From: Bacillota bacterium
GTDB taxonomy: Bacteria; Bacillota; UBA4882; UBA10575
Direction: 5' to 3'
Length of the DNA stretch: 64,000 nucleotides
Assembly (NCBI GenBank): GCA_036562625.1
Contig: DATCJV010000037.1
Location: forward strand, 2,012 to 66,011
The notes under the pieces: model-generated
What the model was told of the DNA's origin: nothing
The model's database searches: none
The model's input: the letters and a program-made list of their open reading frames with translations, nothing else
Position numbers and translations under genes: made by a program
Part shown: positions 1 to 10,635 of the stretch, piece by piece
How the letters are laid out: the number at the start of each line of letters is the position of its first letter
How positions within the stretch are numbered: the first letter of the stretch is position 1

Positions 1-83
1 CATTGTTATATGATAATATTGGTAAACACGTGGTCCTTGCCATTTATTATAATAGATGATATACTAATTTAAGTATACTGTTT

Positions 84-351
84 GGCTGTGCTAGATGGGG
101 AGGTAGCGGTGCCCTGTAACCTGCAACCCGCTATAGCAGGATTGAATGCCGGTTTGCGGCGGCTATTCGTAGTGACGGCCATGATAAGTGGTGTTGAAGA
201 TTGGGTCCTACGCAACGGAGACCGGTGAACCCCGCCAGGTCCGGAAGGAAGCAACGGTAAGCCGGACCCTTCGTGTGCCGTGGGGCGGCCTGATTGGAGC
301 CAACTGTCTTGGCACAACTGGGAATCGCTTGTCAAGAATCGGTGCACAGCC
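84..351 (+). ncRNA. ffs: Signal recognition particle RNA, long Bacillus/Clostridium type (scRNA)
   Basis: The 5' part GGCTGTGCTAGATGGGGAGGTAGCGGTGCCCTGTAACCTGCAA parallels the B. subtilis scRNA Alu domain. The conserved domain IV motif CAGGTCCGGAAGGAAGCAAC lies at 236-255. 5' GGCTGTGC pairs with 3' GCACAGCC to close the molecule. Confidence 0.85.
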
Positions 352-360
352 ATAATTATT

Positions 361-398
361 CCGCCTGGGAAGCCTTTGGGTATGCTACACCCAGGCGG
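361..398 (+). terminator. Hairpin after SRP RNA (possible terminator or processing stem)
   Basis: CCGCCTGGG (361-369) pairs with CCCAGGCGG (390-398). Only a weak T tract (GTTATTG) follows. Confidence 0.35.
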
Positions 399-483
399 GT
401 TATTGATGAGAAAGCATTTATATTTAGATCTAGATACATAAGTCTAATTAGAAAAAAATAAATAAAAGAGGCTGCGACCGTAA

Positions 484-1428
484 ATGGGAAATATACCGGA
501 TCGGTCTACCAGAAGAATCAAAGCAAAGGCGTTTGCCAAGATCAACCTTTCCCTAGATATAGTTGGAAAGCGTAGTGACGGGTATCACGAAGTAAAAATG
601 ATTATGCAATCGATCACCCTCCATGATTTCCTTACTTTTACCCCAGCCCCTACCCTATCGTTACACACCTCTGAATCTTATCTGCCCGTCAACGATCAGA
701 ACCTGATCATCAAAGCGGCCAAACTCTTAAAGCAATATGCCGGCATAAAGTCGGGTGCGGAAATATACTTACAGAAGAACATTCCTGTGGGAGCCGGTTT
801 AGGTGGCGGAAGCGCTGACGCTGCCGCCACTTTAATGGCGTTAAACCAGTTATGGGGATTACATCTCGATACGACGGACCTAAGGAAACTCGCCGTTTCG
901 ATCGGAGCTGATGTGCCGTTTTGTATAACCGGTGGGACCGTACTGGCTGGAGGGATAGGAGAAAAACTGACTCCTTTACCGGCGCTGCCTAAAGTACGGT
1001 TATTATTGGCAAAGCCTCCTTTTTCCGTCAAAACCAAAGAAGTTTATGGGAAATATGATACTCTATCGATTATCAGTCATCCACAGATCATGAAGGTTGT
1101 GGATTGCATCAAGTCAGGGAAGTTTTGGGAGATTACCAATTATTGGGGTAATGTGCTCGAGGAAGTCACTCTGCAGTTGCATCCTACGCTCAAGATACAT
1201 ATGCACGAATTCGCTTGCTTTGGATTACCGGTGCGCATGACCGGCAGTGGACCAACGATCTTCGCCTTGCTTCCGGAAGGTTTTACCGAATTAGATGAAC
1301 TTAAAAAGAAATTAAACAAAGATAATTGGTGGGTCTATGAAAGCGATTTTCACCAAGAAGGCAATCAGTTATTGGTAGAAGAGGGTGGTGAGCATGGAGA
1401 GAAAGCCATTACTTCCCATAAAACTTGA
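484..1428 (+). CDS. ispE: 4-diphosphocytidyl-2-C-methyl-D-erythritol kinase
   Basis: N-terminus KAFAKINLSLDIVGKRSDGYHEV and GHMP kinase loop PVGAGLGGGSADAAA. Its position upstream of spoVG is typical of Firmicutes. Confidence 0.9.
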   Translation: MGNIPDRSTRRIKAKAFAKINLSLDIVGKRSDGYHEVKMIMQSITLHDFLTFTPAPTLSLHTSESYLPVNDQNLIIKAAKLLKQYAGIKSGAEIYLQKNIPVGAGLGGGSADAAATLMALNQLWGLHLDTTDLRKLAVSIGADVPFCITGGTVLAGGIGEKLTPLPALPKVRLLLAKPPFSVKTKEVYGKYDTLSIISHPQIMKVVDCIKSGKFWEITNYWGNVLEEVTLQLHPTLKIHMHEFACFGLPVRMTGSGPTIFALLPEGFTELDELKKKLNKDNWWVYESDFHQEGNQLLVEEGGEHGEKAITSHKT

Positions 1429-2086
1429 TAGCTACAAGCCATTAAGAGAATTGGTCTTTGAAGCACTACGAGAGGCCATTATCAATGGAGATCTTCCGCC
1501 GGGAGAGAGACTAATGGAGGTACAGGTTGCTGAGGAACTTGGGGTGAGCCGGACACCGGTGCGGGAGGCCATCCGGAAACTGGAATTAGAAGGACTGGTC
1601 GCAATGATTCCCAGAAAGGGCGCATATGTTTCAGGGCTTTCCATGAAAGATTTAATTGAAGTCTTTGAGATTAGAGGCGCTCTTGAGGGAGTGGCCTCTT
1701 CTTTATCAGCGGAAAGAGCGACTGATGAAGAGTTGGAGGAATTGGAAAGATATTTGGTAAAAACAGCGGAGCTAATTGAGGAGAAAGACTTTGCTGGAGT
1801 TGTGGAGGTTGATACTGATTTTCATTCTTTATTATATAAGACCAGTCGTAATAATAGGTTAGCTCAGATTATCAGTAATCTTCGCGAACAGATTCAGCGT
1901 TTTCGACAAACTTCCCTCTCTTACCCGGGTCGAATGAAAGAGGCTTTGGAGGAGCACAGAAAGATTGTCGAGGCTATTTCCGACCGTAATCCGGAGTTGG
2001 CCAGCAGATTGGCGCAAGAGCACATTGAAAACGCTGAAAACTGTATGATGCAGGTCATTCGGGCGGAAAAAATTCTGAAATCATAG
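1394..2086 (+). CDS. GntR family transcriptional regulator (FadR/FCD subfamily)
   Basis: Winged HTH GERLMEVQVAEELGVSRTPVREAIRKLELEGLV followed by a helical C-terminal domain. The ATG at 1394 has GAGGGTGG 5-6 nt upstream; the ORF opens at GTG 1385. Confidence 0.8.
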   Translation: MERKPLLPIKLDSYKPLRELVFEALREAIINGDLPPGERLMEVQVAEELGVSRTPVREAIRKLELEGLVAMIPRKGAYVSGLSMKDLIEVFEIRGALEGVASSLSAERATDEELEELERYLVKTAELIEEKDFAGVVEVDTDFHSLLYKTSRNNRLAQIISNLREQIQRFRQTSLSYPGRMKEALEEHRKIVEAISDRNPELASRLAQEHIENAENCMMQVIRAEKILKS

Positions 2087-2208
2087 ATCACGTAATGATT
2101 TACAATCATTAATGAACTATTAGTTAGTCATTTATTAATCATGAACGAGGGCAGATGGATTCTGAAAGTTTGCCGCAACGCTAATCTGTTACATCATGGA
2201 GGGAAAAG

Positions 2209-2952
2209 ATGGACGCGATAATTCTGGGTGGAGCTTTAAATAAAGGAGCTCTTCGGGAGAGCTCCGACCAAAAGTATGAAGCTGCCATCAAAATCCACGA
2301 TTTGCCAATGATCCAATATGTACTGGCTGCTTTGGAAAAGACGCAAAGTATAGAGCGGGTGATTATGGTTGTTCCCGAGGAGATGATAAGCTCCATTCGG
2401 GGTAAAAAAAGAGTGGTATTTGTTCCACCGGGAGATAGTATGGTAGACAGTCTGTTACGAGCTCTTTCCCGCCTTAATACGGAGAAACACGTGTTGGTCT
2501 TAACCTCCGATATTCCACTGATTACTCCTGAAGCGCTTGAGGATTTTTTGGAAAAGTGCACAAAGCGTGAAGCTGACATTTATTATTCGTTTGTACCAAA
2601 GGAAGCCATTGAGGAAAAGTTTCCCGGGGTGCGCCGAACTTATGTTAGATTAAAGGACGGAACTTTTACCGGGGGAAACGTGGTCTTAATCAATCCACAA
2701 GTTATTTTAGCCCGGAAGCACCGAATTTTACAGGCGGTACAGTTACGAAAACACCCGGTTAAGCTCTGCCAGATGTTAGGCTTTAAATTTTTCCTGAAAT
2801 TACTGGTCGGGAAGCTATCTGTAACGGAGATTGAGAAGAGGGTTGGAGAGATTCTTGGGTTTACAGGCGCAGGTATAGTTTCTCAATATCCAGAGGTAGG
2901 TGTGGATGTAGACAAACCCAGCGATTTAGAGTTGGCTAAAACCTTTTTATAA
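2209..2952 (+). CDS. MobA-like NTP-transferase family protein
   Basis: N-terminal nucleotide-binding loop AIILGGALNKG and a size and layout typical of NTP_transf_3 proteins. Substrate unknown. Confidence 0.55.
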   Translation: MDAIILGGALNKGALRESSDQKYEAAIKIHDLPMIQYVLAALEKTQSIERVIMVVPEEMISSIRGKKRVVFVPPGDSMVDSLLRALSRLNTEKHVLVLTSDIPLITPEALEDFLEKCTKREADIYYSFVPKEAIEEKFPGVRRTYVRLKDGTFTGGNVVLINPQVILARKHRILQAVQLRKHPVKLCQMLGFKFFLKLLVGKLSVTEIEKRVGEILGFTGAGIVSQYPEVGVDVDKPSDLELAKTFL

Positions 2953-3107
2953 TTATACAGTACCAGTCACTGCGATTGTGAAGAGCGTTCTGCCTCATAC
3001 AGTCGCCTTTGTGTTTTTAGACAAAATTTATCGCAAGAAAAGAGGGTTTTTTCATGCAATGTCGAAAGTAGTATTTACTTACTTTATTTTCAAAAAGAGG
3101 TGAAATT

Positions 3108-3362
3108 ATGAACATCACTGATATCCGCCTGAAAAAAATTGACAACGGTAGCAAGATGAAGGCCATTGCTTCTGTGACTTTTGATGATTCCTTTGTTGTC
3201 CGGGAAATCAGAGTCATAGAAGGACAGAATGGGCTCTTTGTGGCCATGCCGAGCAGAAAGACTCCTTCCGGTGAATTTCGTGATATCGCCCATCCAATCA
3301 ACTCTGAAGCTCGGGAATTAATTCAAAATGCGATCTTGGAAGAATACGAGAAGGCAGAATAG
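3108..3362 (+). CDS. spoVG: Septation/sporulation regulator SpoVG
   Basis: [11 protein letters not shown]...[34 protein letters not shown] is the canonical SpoVG sequence. RBS AGAGGTG lies upstream. Confidence 0.95.
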   Translation: MNITDIRLKKIDNGSKMKAIASVTFDDSFVVREIRVIEGQNGLFVAMPSRKTPSGEFRDIAHPINSEARELIQNAILEEYEKAE

Positions 3363-3514
3363 GGCGGACTTAAAAGATCCGAGATCGAATAAATTCCTGT
3401 CCTGTTCATACTGGGAAAAATACAAAAGTCAATTTTGAGATCCACATAGCGCCAAAGAAGTGAAATAATACTATCCGGGGATTAGATTTCCATGCGACGT
3501 TCCTACATATATTC

Positions 3515-3544
3515 TTGACAGACCTACGTCTGATTTGCTATAAT
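3515..3544 (+). promoter_or_regulatory. SigA-type promoter for tRNA-Gln
   Basis: TTGACA (3515-3520), an 18-nt spacer containing an extended -10 TG (3536-3537), then TATAAT (3539-3544), 13 nt upstream of the tRNA 5' end. Confidence 0.65.
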
Positions 3545-3557
3545 AATTTTTGCGTGT

Positions 3558-3632
3558 TGGGGCGTCGCCAAGCGGTAAGGCACGGGACTTTGACTCCCGC
3601 ATGCGTTGGTTCGAATCCAGCCGCCCCAGCCA
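3558..3632 (+). tRNA. tRNA-Gln (anticodon TTG)
   Basis: Acceptor stem TGGGGCG/CGCCCCA, anticodon stem CGGGA/TCCCG with loop CTTTGAC, T-arm GTTGGTTCGAATCCAGC, and an encoded CCA. Confidence 0.9.
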
Positions 3633-3684
3633 TTATCTTCAGTCTTTCTACTTTTATACTTAGATAAATAATAGCTAAACAAAA

Positions 3685-3708
3685 AGCCCTGCACAGCAGG
3701 GCTTTTTG
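3685..3708 (+). terminator. Rho-independent terminator
   Basis: AGCCCTGC-ACA-GCAGGGCT stem-loop followed by TTTTT. Confidence 0.8.
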
Positions 3709-3864
3709 TGTGATGAAAGTTGGCGGGGCTTGTGGGTGGGCTCGTCAATCTTATATTGTCAAGAGAATTCAAATAGAGTAATATTTTAGGTGGAAGTGGA
3801 ATTTACGTTTAAAGTAAATCGCTTATACAGAGGCTATCGTTAGTTGGCTTAGGAGGGTAAAAGT

Positions 3865-5238
3865 TTGTTTGAATCGGATCTTAGAATTATAATTTTAGCT
3901 GCTGGAAAAGGTACAAGAATGAAATCGGATCTGCCAAAAGTTTTGCATCCGGTATGTGGCGTCCCCATGATTCAGCATGTGGTTACCGTGGCCAATCAGG
4001 TCTCGCGGAGAAAACCATTGGTAGTAATCGGACACAAAGCCGAAAAGGTTTCCGCGCTCTTAGGGGAAGAGGTCGAGTATGTACTCCAGGAAAAACAGTT
4101 GGGCACGGGGCATGCCGTGATGATGGCCGCTCCTCTATTGCAGGATTTTTCTGGGGATTTACTGGTGTTATATGGCGATACTCCTTTAATCACCGCGGAA
4201 AGCCTGACAAAACTTGTGGCTGAACATCAAAGAGCAAAGTCTTCAGTGACACTTCTTTCCGTGGAGGTAGAGAATCCTGCGGGCTATGGCAGAATAATAA
4301 GAAATGAGCGTGGGATGTTAGAAAGAATAGTTGAAGAGAAGGATACTTCTCCAGAGGAGAAGAAGATCAAAGAAGTTAATACCGGTATATATATCTTTAA
4401 TTATCCGGATCTGGCTGAAACCTTAAAGTGTATTGAACCTAAAAATACGCAGGGAGAGTATTATTTAACGGACGTCATCTCCTTACTGGCAGCTAGAGGG
4501 AAGAAGACCGGGGCCGTACTCTGCCCGAACTCCGAAGAATTATTGGGGCCCAATGATCGTTTGGCATTGGCGGAGACTGATCGAATCATGAGGCGCCGGA
4601 TCTTGGAGAACTTGATGATGGAAGGCGTGACCATCGTTGATCCGGACTCCACATATATCGAGCTTCAAGTGGAGATTGGACGCGATTCTATTATCTATCC
4701 CGGGACGTTTCTACAAGGGAAGACGAAGATCGGAGTTGGTTGTCAGATTGGACCTTATAGTCAACTTAGAGACTCGCAGATTGGTGATGGCTCTATAGTA
4801 AGGTTTAGCGTTCTTGAGCAGGTCAAGACGGGGGAAAACGTTAACATCGGCCCATATTCTTTCTTGCGGCCCGGTACGATTGTGGAGAAGAAGGGAAAGG
4901 TCGGAGGTTTTGTAGAAACTAAAAATGTCCATATCGGAGAGGGCAGTAAAGTACCGCATTTAAGTTATATTGGCGACTGCCTGATTGGTGCAGGTGTCAA
5001 CATCGGCGCCGGTACCATTACTTGTAACTACGATGGATATGCTAAACATCAAACCACCATCGGGGATGAGGCCTTCATTGGGAGTAATACCAATTTGGTT
5101 GCTCCGGTTTCGGTGGGAAAAGGAGCCTTGGTTGGAGCCGGCTCCACCATTACCAAGGATGTTCCGGAGTACGCTCTGGCGTTAGCCCGTTCTAAACAGA
5201 TTAATAAAGAAGGGTGGGCTAAAAGGAGAGAAGGGTGA
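3865..5238 (+). CDS. glmU: Bifunctional UDP-N-acetylglucosamine diphosphorylase / glucosamine-1-phosphate N-acetyltransferase
   Basis: LAAGKGTRMKSDLPKVLHP N-terminal loop and C-terminal left-handed beta-helix hexapeptide repeats. TTG start lies 8 nt after GGAGGG. Confidence 0.92.
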   Translation: MFESDLRIIILAAGKGTRMKSDLPKVLHPVCGVPMIQHVVTVANQVSRRKPLVVIGHKAEKVSALLGEEVEYVLQEKQLGTGHAVMMAAPLLQDFSGDLLVLYGDTPLITAESLTKLVAEHQRAKSSVTLLSVEVENPAGYGRIIRNERGMLERIVEEKDTSPEEKKIKEVNTGIYIFNYPDLAETLKCIEPKNTQGEYYLTDVISLLAARGKKTGAVLCPNSEELLGPNDRLALAETDRIMRRRILENLMMEGVTIVDPDSTYIELQVEIGRDSIIYPGTFLQGKTKIGVGCQIGPYSQLRDSQIGDGSIVRFSVLEQVKTGENVNIGPYSFLRPGTIVEKKGKVGGFVETKNVHIGEGSKVPHLSYIGDCLIGAGVNIGAGTITCNYDGYAKHQTTIGDEAFIGSNTNLVAPVSVGKGALVGAGSTITKDVPEYALALARSKQINKEGWAKRREG

Positions 5239-5328
5239 AGTTTGCTCTCTAATGGGGTTAATGGTATAATATTTCTGTTGTGAACGGGAAAACTTTATTA
5301 TCTATAATTTGTCAGGGAGGTTATTGCG

Positions 5329-5943
5329 ATGGAAGCAATACTTACAGCCAGTATTAGAGAAGAAACCGGGAAGGGAATAGCTCATAAACTACGCTCGGCA
5401 GGGCAATTACCCGCTGTACTTTATGGGAAGGAAAATTTAGCAATCACTTTAAACACACGTGAAGTACAGAAGTTCTTGGCAACGTATGGAACCAGCCAGT
5501 TAGCCCAGGTAAATTTGGTAAAAGGGAAAAAATCCAGTAAACGGCCGGTATTAATCAAAGAAGTTCAGGTTGATCCGGTTAAAGGAAATCTGCTCCATGT
5601 TGACCTTTACGAAGTATCTATGGATACTAAGGTGACTGTATCTGTACCCATAGTCTTGGTTGGACAGGAAGAACGGCAAAATGACGGGGCATTGGTGGAT
5701 CAGCTTCTTTATGAGGTGGAGGTGTCTTGTCTGCCCACGGAGATTCCAAAAAGAATTGAGGTGGACGTTTCAAAGCTGGCCATGCACCAGAGTATTGCCG
5801 TGCAGGATATTACACTGCCTAAAAATGTGGAATTCGTCACCGCCTCCGATGAAGTGGTGGTTACGGCTATACCACCCAGAGTTGAAACCACAGAGACTGA
5901 AACAGAGGGTGAAGCCGAGGCGGCTCCGGCTCCGGAAGCCTAA
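5329..5943 (+). CDS. rplY: 50S ribosomal protein L25 / general stress protein Ctc
   Basis: RSAGQLPAVLYGK...VLIKEVQVDPVKGNLLHVDLYEV with an acidic Ala/Glu-rich tail. Sits immediately upstream of pth. Confidence 0.88.
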   Translation: MEAILTASIREETGKGIAHKLRSAGQLPAVLYGKENLAITLNTREVQKFLATYGTSQLAQVNLVKGKKSSKRPVLIKEVQVDPVKGNLLHVDLYEVSMDTKVTVSVPIVLVGQEERQNDGALVDQLLYEVEVSCLPTEIPKRIEVDVSKLAMHQSIAVQDITLPKNVEFVTASDEVVVTAIPPRVETTETETEGEAEAAPAPEA

Positions 5944-5995
5944 AAAGTTCCATATTTTATTATCTATGTTAAAAGAGAAGGTAGACGGACTGACT

Positions 5996-6598
5996 ATGGA
6001 TTATTTAATAGTGGGTTTAGGTAATCCTGGAGAAGAATACGAGTTAACCCGGCATAATGCCGGGTTTTTGATCGTGGACCACCTAAAGATATTATATCAA
6101 GTCAGGCTAAGGCAGGAATGTGATGCCCTATGTGGTTGGTTTAATCTTTCAGGTGACGAAGAGGCGCCGGTGCGCCATCGGATCATGTTGGCTAAACCTT
6201 TAACTTATATGAATTTAAGTGGAAATGCCGTTTCTGCTTTGATTAACAAGTATGGTTTTGCATTATCACGGGTAATAATAGTGTATGATGATCTATCCCT
6301 GCCCTTTGGGGTGTTGCGCATACGCGCGCGAGGCAGTTCTGGAGGGCATAAAGGGATCGCATCTGTTATTGACAGGGTCGGACCGGTGATTCCCAGGCTG
6401 AAAGTGGGAATAGGCGCACCTTCGGAGGGAATGAGCCTGCCTGATTATGTGCTTAGCAAATTTTCAAAAACAGAGCAAAGGATGCTACCGGAAATTACAT
6501 CAATCGCCGGAGAAGCTATAATTACTTGGGTAAAGAAAGGAACAGAAAAAGCTATGAGCATCTATAATGGAATAGTTCTGAATTCAGATCAGTCTTAA
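5996..6598 (+). CDS. pth: Peptidyl-tRNA hydrolase
   Basis: MDYLIVGLGNPGEEYELTRHNAGF is the canonical Pth N-terminus. The ORF-track frame opens at 5660 but that part overlaps ctc, so the ATG at 5996 was chosen. Confidence 0.9.
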   Translation: MDYLIVGLGNPGEEYELTRHNAGFLIVDHLKILYQVRLRQECDALCGWFNLSGDEEAPVRHRIMLAKPLTYMNLSGNAVSALINKYGFALSRVIIVYDDLSLPFGVLRIRARGSSGGHKGIASVIDRVGPVIPRLKVGIGAPSEGMSLPDYVLSKFSKTEQRMLPEITSIAGEAIITWVKKGTEKAMSIYNGIVLNSDQS

Positions 6599-6859
6599 CG
6601 AAAAGCAGGCATGAAAACCCGACTCAAAAGGAAGTTCAGTTTGGTTTTTTAAGATTTATGTGCGTCCAGAGTACGGTTTTTGTAACCGCTACGCATTAAT
6701 ATGTTTTGTTATGACTTTTCTCCGGGAGTCAAAGAATAAAATGGAGTTTAACAAAGTTTTAGATGACAAAGTCTTATTATATATTCATATTATATATTAA
6801 AGCACAAAAGGCCTTTGCCAGAGGTCTTTGTTTATATTAGGACTTGAGGAGGAAACCAT

Positions 6860-9800
6860 TTGTTTGCCTGGATTACTCAGCAGATACGAAACTGGCCCGA
6901 AGTTAAAGGGCTTATGGCCTGTTCCACCGGGACAAAGGCGGATGGGCGCGCGCGCCAAAACCAAGGGAAAAGCTTGATACAAGGGATCAGCGGAGTACAG
7001 AGACCTCTTTTATTGGCTGCCCTCTGGCATCAACTTTCAAGCCCGCTGATAGTCATTACGCATTCTCCGATGGAAGCACAAAGGCTATCTGCTGATTTGG
7101 TGGAGATCATTGGTGCAGACTTAGTGTCGGTCTTTCCCGCTTATGACTTAATGGCGCATGAAGAGGCTTATGAAAAAGAGGTGGCTGGAGCCAGGCTCTC
7201 TGTGCTCAGCAGATTACTCAAGGGAGAGGAAGATCTACTGGTTGTTACTTCCTGGCCTGCCTTGGTCAGAAAGGTCATCCCGCCAGAGGCCTTGTCTTCT
7301 TTTCTCTTCCATCTGGAATTAGGGGGAATACTGGACCGTGATTTGTTACTCACCAATTTGGTTACTTTGGGATATGAACGAACTAATAAAGTTTATACTC
7401 TGGGACAATTCAGCGTACGAGGAGATATCGTCGATATTTTTCCGCCTGATCAGGAGAATCCGGTACGTATAGAGTTTTTTGGCGATGAGATCGATTCGAT
7501 TCGCCGTTTTGAGCCGGACACCCAAAAATCTCTGGAAAATATAGAGAATATCCGGTTACTACCCGCGCGGGAAGGACTATGGCGGCCAGAGGATTTTCAA
7601 AGAGCCCGTCCCCGAATAGAGGGACTCTTGCAGAAGCAGGCTGAACGTTTAGAGAAACAAGCCGGTCTAAAAACGGCCGGACTTTTAAGAGAGAAGATAC
7701 AGAAACGTTTGGAAGAAATCTCCGCAGGCATGGTCTTTCCAGGGATTGACCGGTTTTTACCATTAATCAGGGATGATTTAGTGCCTGTGTGGGCTTATAT
7801 GGAACGCGCCTTTATTGTTCTGGACGAACCGGTCAGGGGCAGTGAATATCTGCGGGCTGTGGAAGAGGAGAACTCCAGAACCTTAGCGGGGTTTTTAGAG
7901 AGAGGGCTTTTGTTGCCTGAAGAGATTGGCTTATATTACAACTTGCCAGATTTGCAAAATGGTTTGAGCCGGCTCTCGTCCATTCAATTCTCTGTTTTGG
8001 GCAGGTCGCTAAAGGGTGCTGATCCGGGCAATACGGTCTTGTTACCTATGCGACCAGCTCCGGAGTTTGGGGGTCAGCCCAAAAGGTTTTTAGAGGAAGT
8101 AAAGACGAGAATAAAAGGAAAGTGGATAGTTGGGATTGCTGCTTCCGGGGAAGAGCGGTTGAATAATTTAAGAGAAGCGCTCAGAGATGAAGGCTTGAAC
8201 CCGATCAAAGCGGATCGTTCTCTGCGTCCTGCCTCCGGCCAGGTCTATCTCTTGGATGCCTCCATTTCCACAGGCTTTGAATTACCCCATGAACATCTGG
8301 TTATTTTTTCCGAGGCGGAGGTTTTTGGTCGTACCCGCTTGCGCAAAAAAGTAAGAACGAAATTTGGCAAGGAAGGAATTCGAGTTACTGATATTACCGA
8401 ATTGCAGGTAGGTGATTATGTTGTCCATATTAACCACGGAATCGGGAAGTATTTAGGGATCAAGAATTTACAGATCGGGGGAGGGAACAGGGATTATTTA
8501 GAAGTGGAATATGCGGAAGGAGATCGACTTTTTGTCCCAACAGATCAGGTACACTTACTCCAGAGATATGTAGGTTTGGAAAATTCCACGCCGAAGGTTA
8601 ACCGCTTGGGTGGATCCGAATGGCAACGGGCAAAGAACAAAGTCAAGGAATCTGTGGCGGAAATGGCCGATAAGTTATTGGCTCTCTACGCCGACCGGCA
8701 TACGGCTCAAGGTTATGCTTTCCCGCCGGATAATAATTGGCAACAAGAATTCGAGGCCTCCTTTATTTATGAGGAGACCCCGGATCAACTTCGCGCCTTG
8801 GCAGAGATAAAAAAGGATATGGAGTCATCGCGGCCAATGGATCGGTTACTCTGCGGGGATGTGGGATACGGTAAAACAGAGGTGGCGATTAGAGCGGCTT
8901 TCAAGGCTATTACCGGGGGGAAACAAGTAGCGGTCTTGGTTCCCACTACGATCCTGGCGCAACAACATTTTCAAACAATAACACAGCGCTTTAGCGGATA
9001 TCCTATAAAAATTGCGGTTTTAAGCCGTTTTCAGTCGTCTTCTGAACAAGAAGCAATCGCTAAAGGGTTGAGACAGGGCACGATCGATTTGGTGATCGGG
9101 ACACATCGTTTACTCTCTAAAGATATAGTCTTTAAAGATTTGGGATTATTGATCGTGGATGAAGAACAAAAATTTGGAGTATCTCATAAGGAAAGGCTGA
9201 AGGAGTTGAGGAAGAATGTAGATGTCCTGACTCTGACGGCGACTCCGATTCCTAGAACTCTACACATGTCATTAGTGGGAATCAGGGATATGAGTGTGAT
9301 CGAGACCCCACCGGAAGATCGTTATCCGGTGAGAACTTACGTGCTGGAGTTTAATGAGGAGATCATTATTGAGGCGATCAAGAGAGAGTTGGATCGCGGT
9401 GGACAAATCTTCTTCGTCTATAACCGGGTGGAGACGATTGAACGAATGGCCGCCTACCTTCAACATTTAGTTCCTGAGGCCCGGATCGAAATTGCTCATG
9501 GGCAAATGTCTGAGGATGCCTTGGAAGAGGTAATGCTTAGCTTCTATGAAGGTTCAGCAGATATTCTGCTCTGCACCACAATTATTGAGAATGGTCTGGA
9601 TATAGCAAATGTAAACACCCTAATTGTGTATGATGCCGATCAGTTGGGCTTATCCCAGCTCTACCAATTGAGAGGAAGAGTGGGACGGAGCAACCGGGTG
9701 GCTTATGCCTATTTTACATACAGGAAGGATCGGGTGCTGGGGGAAGCGGCAGAAAAAAGGCTGGCGGCAATCAGAGATTTTACGGATTTAGGATCCGGAT

Positions 9801-10414
9801 TTAAGATAGCCCTGCGTGATTTAGAAATCAGAGGAGCGGGCAATCTTCTCGGTCCAGAGCAGCACGGGCATATTGCCACAGTGGGTTTTGATCTTTACTG
9901 TCGTCTTTTGGAAGAGGCCATTAGGGAGCGTCGAGGAGAGAAGAAGCCGGAATTACCCGAACCTACCATTGAGTTGTCTGTAGATGCCTATATTCCGGAT
10001 AATTATATAAACGATCCCGGGCAGAAGGTTGAAATCTACAAGAAGATCGCGGCGATTTCCACTTTTGAAGAGGCAGATGAAGTGGTAGACGAGATTGAGG
10101 ACAGGTTTGGCGTCCCTCCCGCGCCTGTCGTTAATTTATTAGAGATCGCCCGTTTGAAGATCTATGCCAAACTCTTAGGGCTTGCCACTATCACCTCGGA
10201 AAAGGGAGATTTTATTGCCCGTCCGGTGCCGGGTTTAAGTCTCGATCCCGAGCGGGTCGCTTCCCTATTAGTAAATTTTCGTGGACAGGTCAGATATCAG
10301 CCCGGGCGACAACCGGTGCTTAGATGGAAAATAGCCGGCAAGAGCCACCACCAGGTCTGGCGCCTCCTCAAGGACTCCTTAGCCTTTTTGCTGGATGAGG
10401 GAAGGTCAGCATAA
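6860..10414 (+). CDS. mfd: Transcription-repair coupling factor
   Basis: UvrB-homology N-terminus, CarD-like region (VGDYVVHINHGIGKY), helicase motifs GDVGYGKTEVA and DEEQKFG, and a TRG motif region. TTG start follows AGGAGG. Confidence 0.95.
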   Translation: MFAWITQQIRNWPEVKGLMACSTGTKADGRARQNQGKSLIQGISGVQRPLLLAALWHQLSSPLIVITHSPMEAQRLSADLVEIIGADLVSVFPAYDLMAHEEAYEKEVAGARLSVLSRLLKGEEDLLVVTSWPALVRKVIPPEALSSFLFHLELGGILDRDLLLTNLVTLGYERTNKVYTLGQFSVRGDIVDIFPPDQENPVRIEFFGDEIDSIRRFEPDTQKSLENIENIRLLPAREGLWRPEDFQRARPRIEGLLQKQAERLEKQAGLKTAGLLREKIQKRLEEISAGMVFPGIDRFLPLIRDDLVPVWAYMERAFIVLDEPVRGSEYLRAVEEENSRTLAGFLERGLLLPEEIGLYYNLPDLQNGLSRLSSIQFSVLGRSLKGADPGNTVLLPMRPAPEFGGQPKRFLEEVKTRIKGKWIVGIAASGEERLNNLREALRDEGLNPIKADRSLRPASGQVYLLDASISTGFELPHEHLVIFSEAEVFGRTRLRKKVRTKFGKEGIRVTDITELQVGDYVVHINHGIGKYLGIKNLQIGGGNRDYLEVEYAEGDRLFVPTDQVHLLQRYVGLENSTPKVNRLGGSEWQRAKNKVKESVAEMADKLLALYADRHTAQGYAFPPDNNWQQEFEASFIYEETPDQLRALAEIKKDMESSRPMDRLLCGDVGYGKTEVAIRAAFKAITGGKQVAVLVPTTILAQQHFQTITQRFSGYPIKIAVLSRFQSSSEQEAIAKGLRQGTIDLVIGTHRLLSKDIVFKDLGLLIVDEEQKFGVSHKERLKELRKNVDVLTLTATPIPRTLHMSLVGIRDMSVIETPPEDRYPVRTYVLEFNEEIIIEAIKRELDRGGQIFFVYNRVETIERMAAYLQHLVPEARIEIAHGQMSEDALEEVMLSFYEGSADILLCTTIIENGLDIANVNTLIVYDADQLGLSQLYQLRGRVGRSNRVAYAYFTYRKDRVLGEAAEKRLAAIRDFTDLGSGFKIALRDLEIRGAGNLLGPEQHGHIATVGFDLYCRLLEEAIRERRGEKKPELPEPTIELSVDAYIPDNYINDPGQKVEIYKKIAAISTFEEADEVVDEIEDRFGVPPAPVVNLLEIARLKIYAKLLGLATITSEKGDFIARPVPGLSLDPERVASLLVNFRGQVRYQPGRQPVLRWKIAGKSHHQVWRLLKDSLAFLLDEGRSA

Positions 10415-10507
10415 ATAGAAAGTATATTCATCTACAGACAGGGTAAGATAAAAAAGGAATCGCACCGCTAAAACCAAAGGAAGATGACTTTTCAAGCATG
10501 GTTCAAA

Positions 10508-10538
10508 TGAATAAACCTACCGGCCAAAGTATATAATA
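10508..10538 (+). promoter_or_regulatory. Candidate forespore-type (SigG/SigF-like) or SigA promoter upstream of spoVT
   Basis: TGAATA, 18 nt, then TATAATA. spoVT is SigG-dependent in B. subtilis. The assignment is weak. Confidence 0.25.
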
Positions 10539-10635
10539 AAATAGCAAAAGCAGGGAAAAAACAAAGAGTAAACCGTGGAGGAAGGTTAGAGAGGGAGGCG
10601 GCTGGCGATTCCGCAGAAGGAGGGAAAATTAGAGG

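Noticed and set aside
69-353. 94-aa minus-strand ORF
   Set aside because: It lies entirely antisense to the SRP RNA gene. It has no RBS and its composition reflects the structured RNA, not coding sequence.
3524-3772. 82-aa minus-strand ORF
   Set aside because: It overlaps tRNA-Gln, its promoter and its terminator on the opposite strand. Spurious.
5660-5995. N-terminal 112-codon extension of the pth reading frame
   Set aside because: It overlaps the 3' half of ctc in another frame and its translation is low-complexity. The canonical Pth N-terminus MDYLIVGLGNPG begins at 5996.
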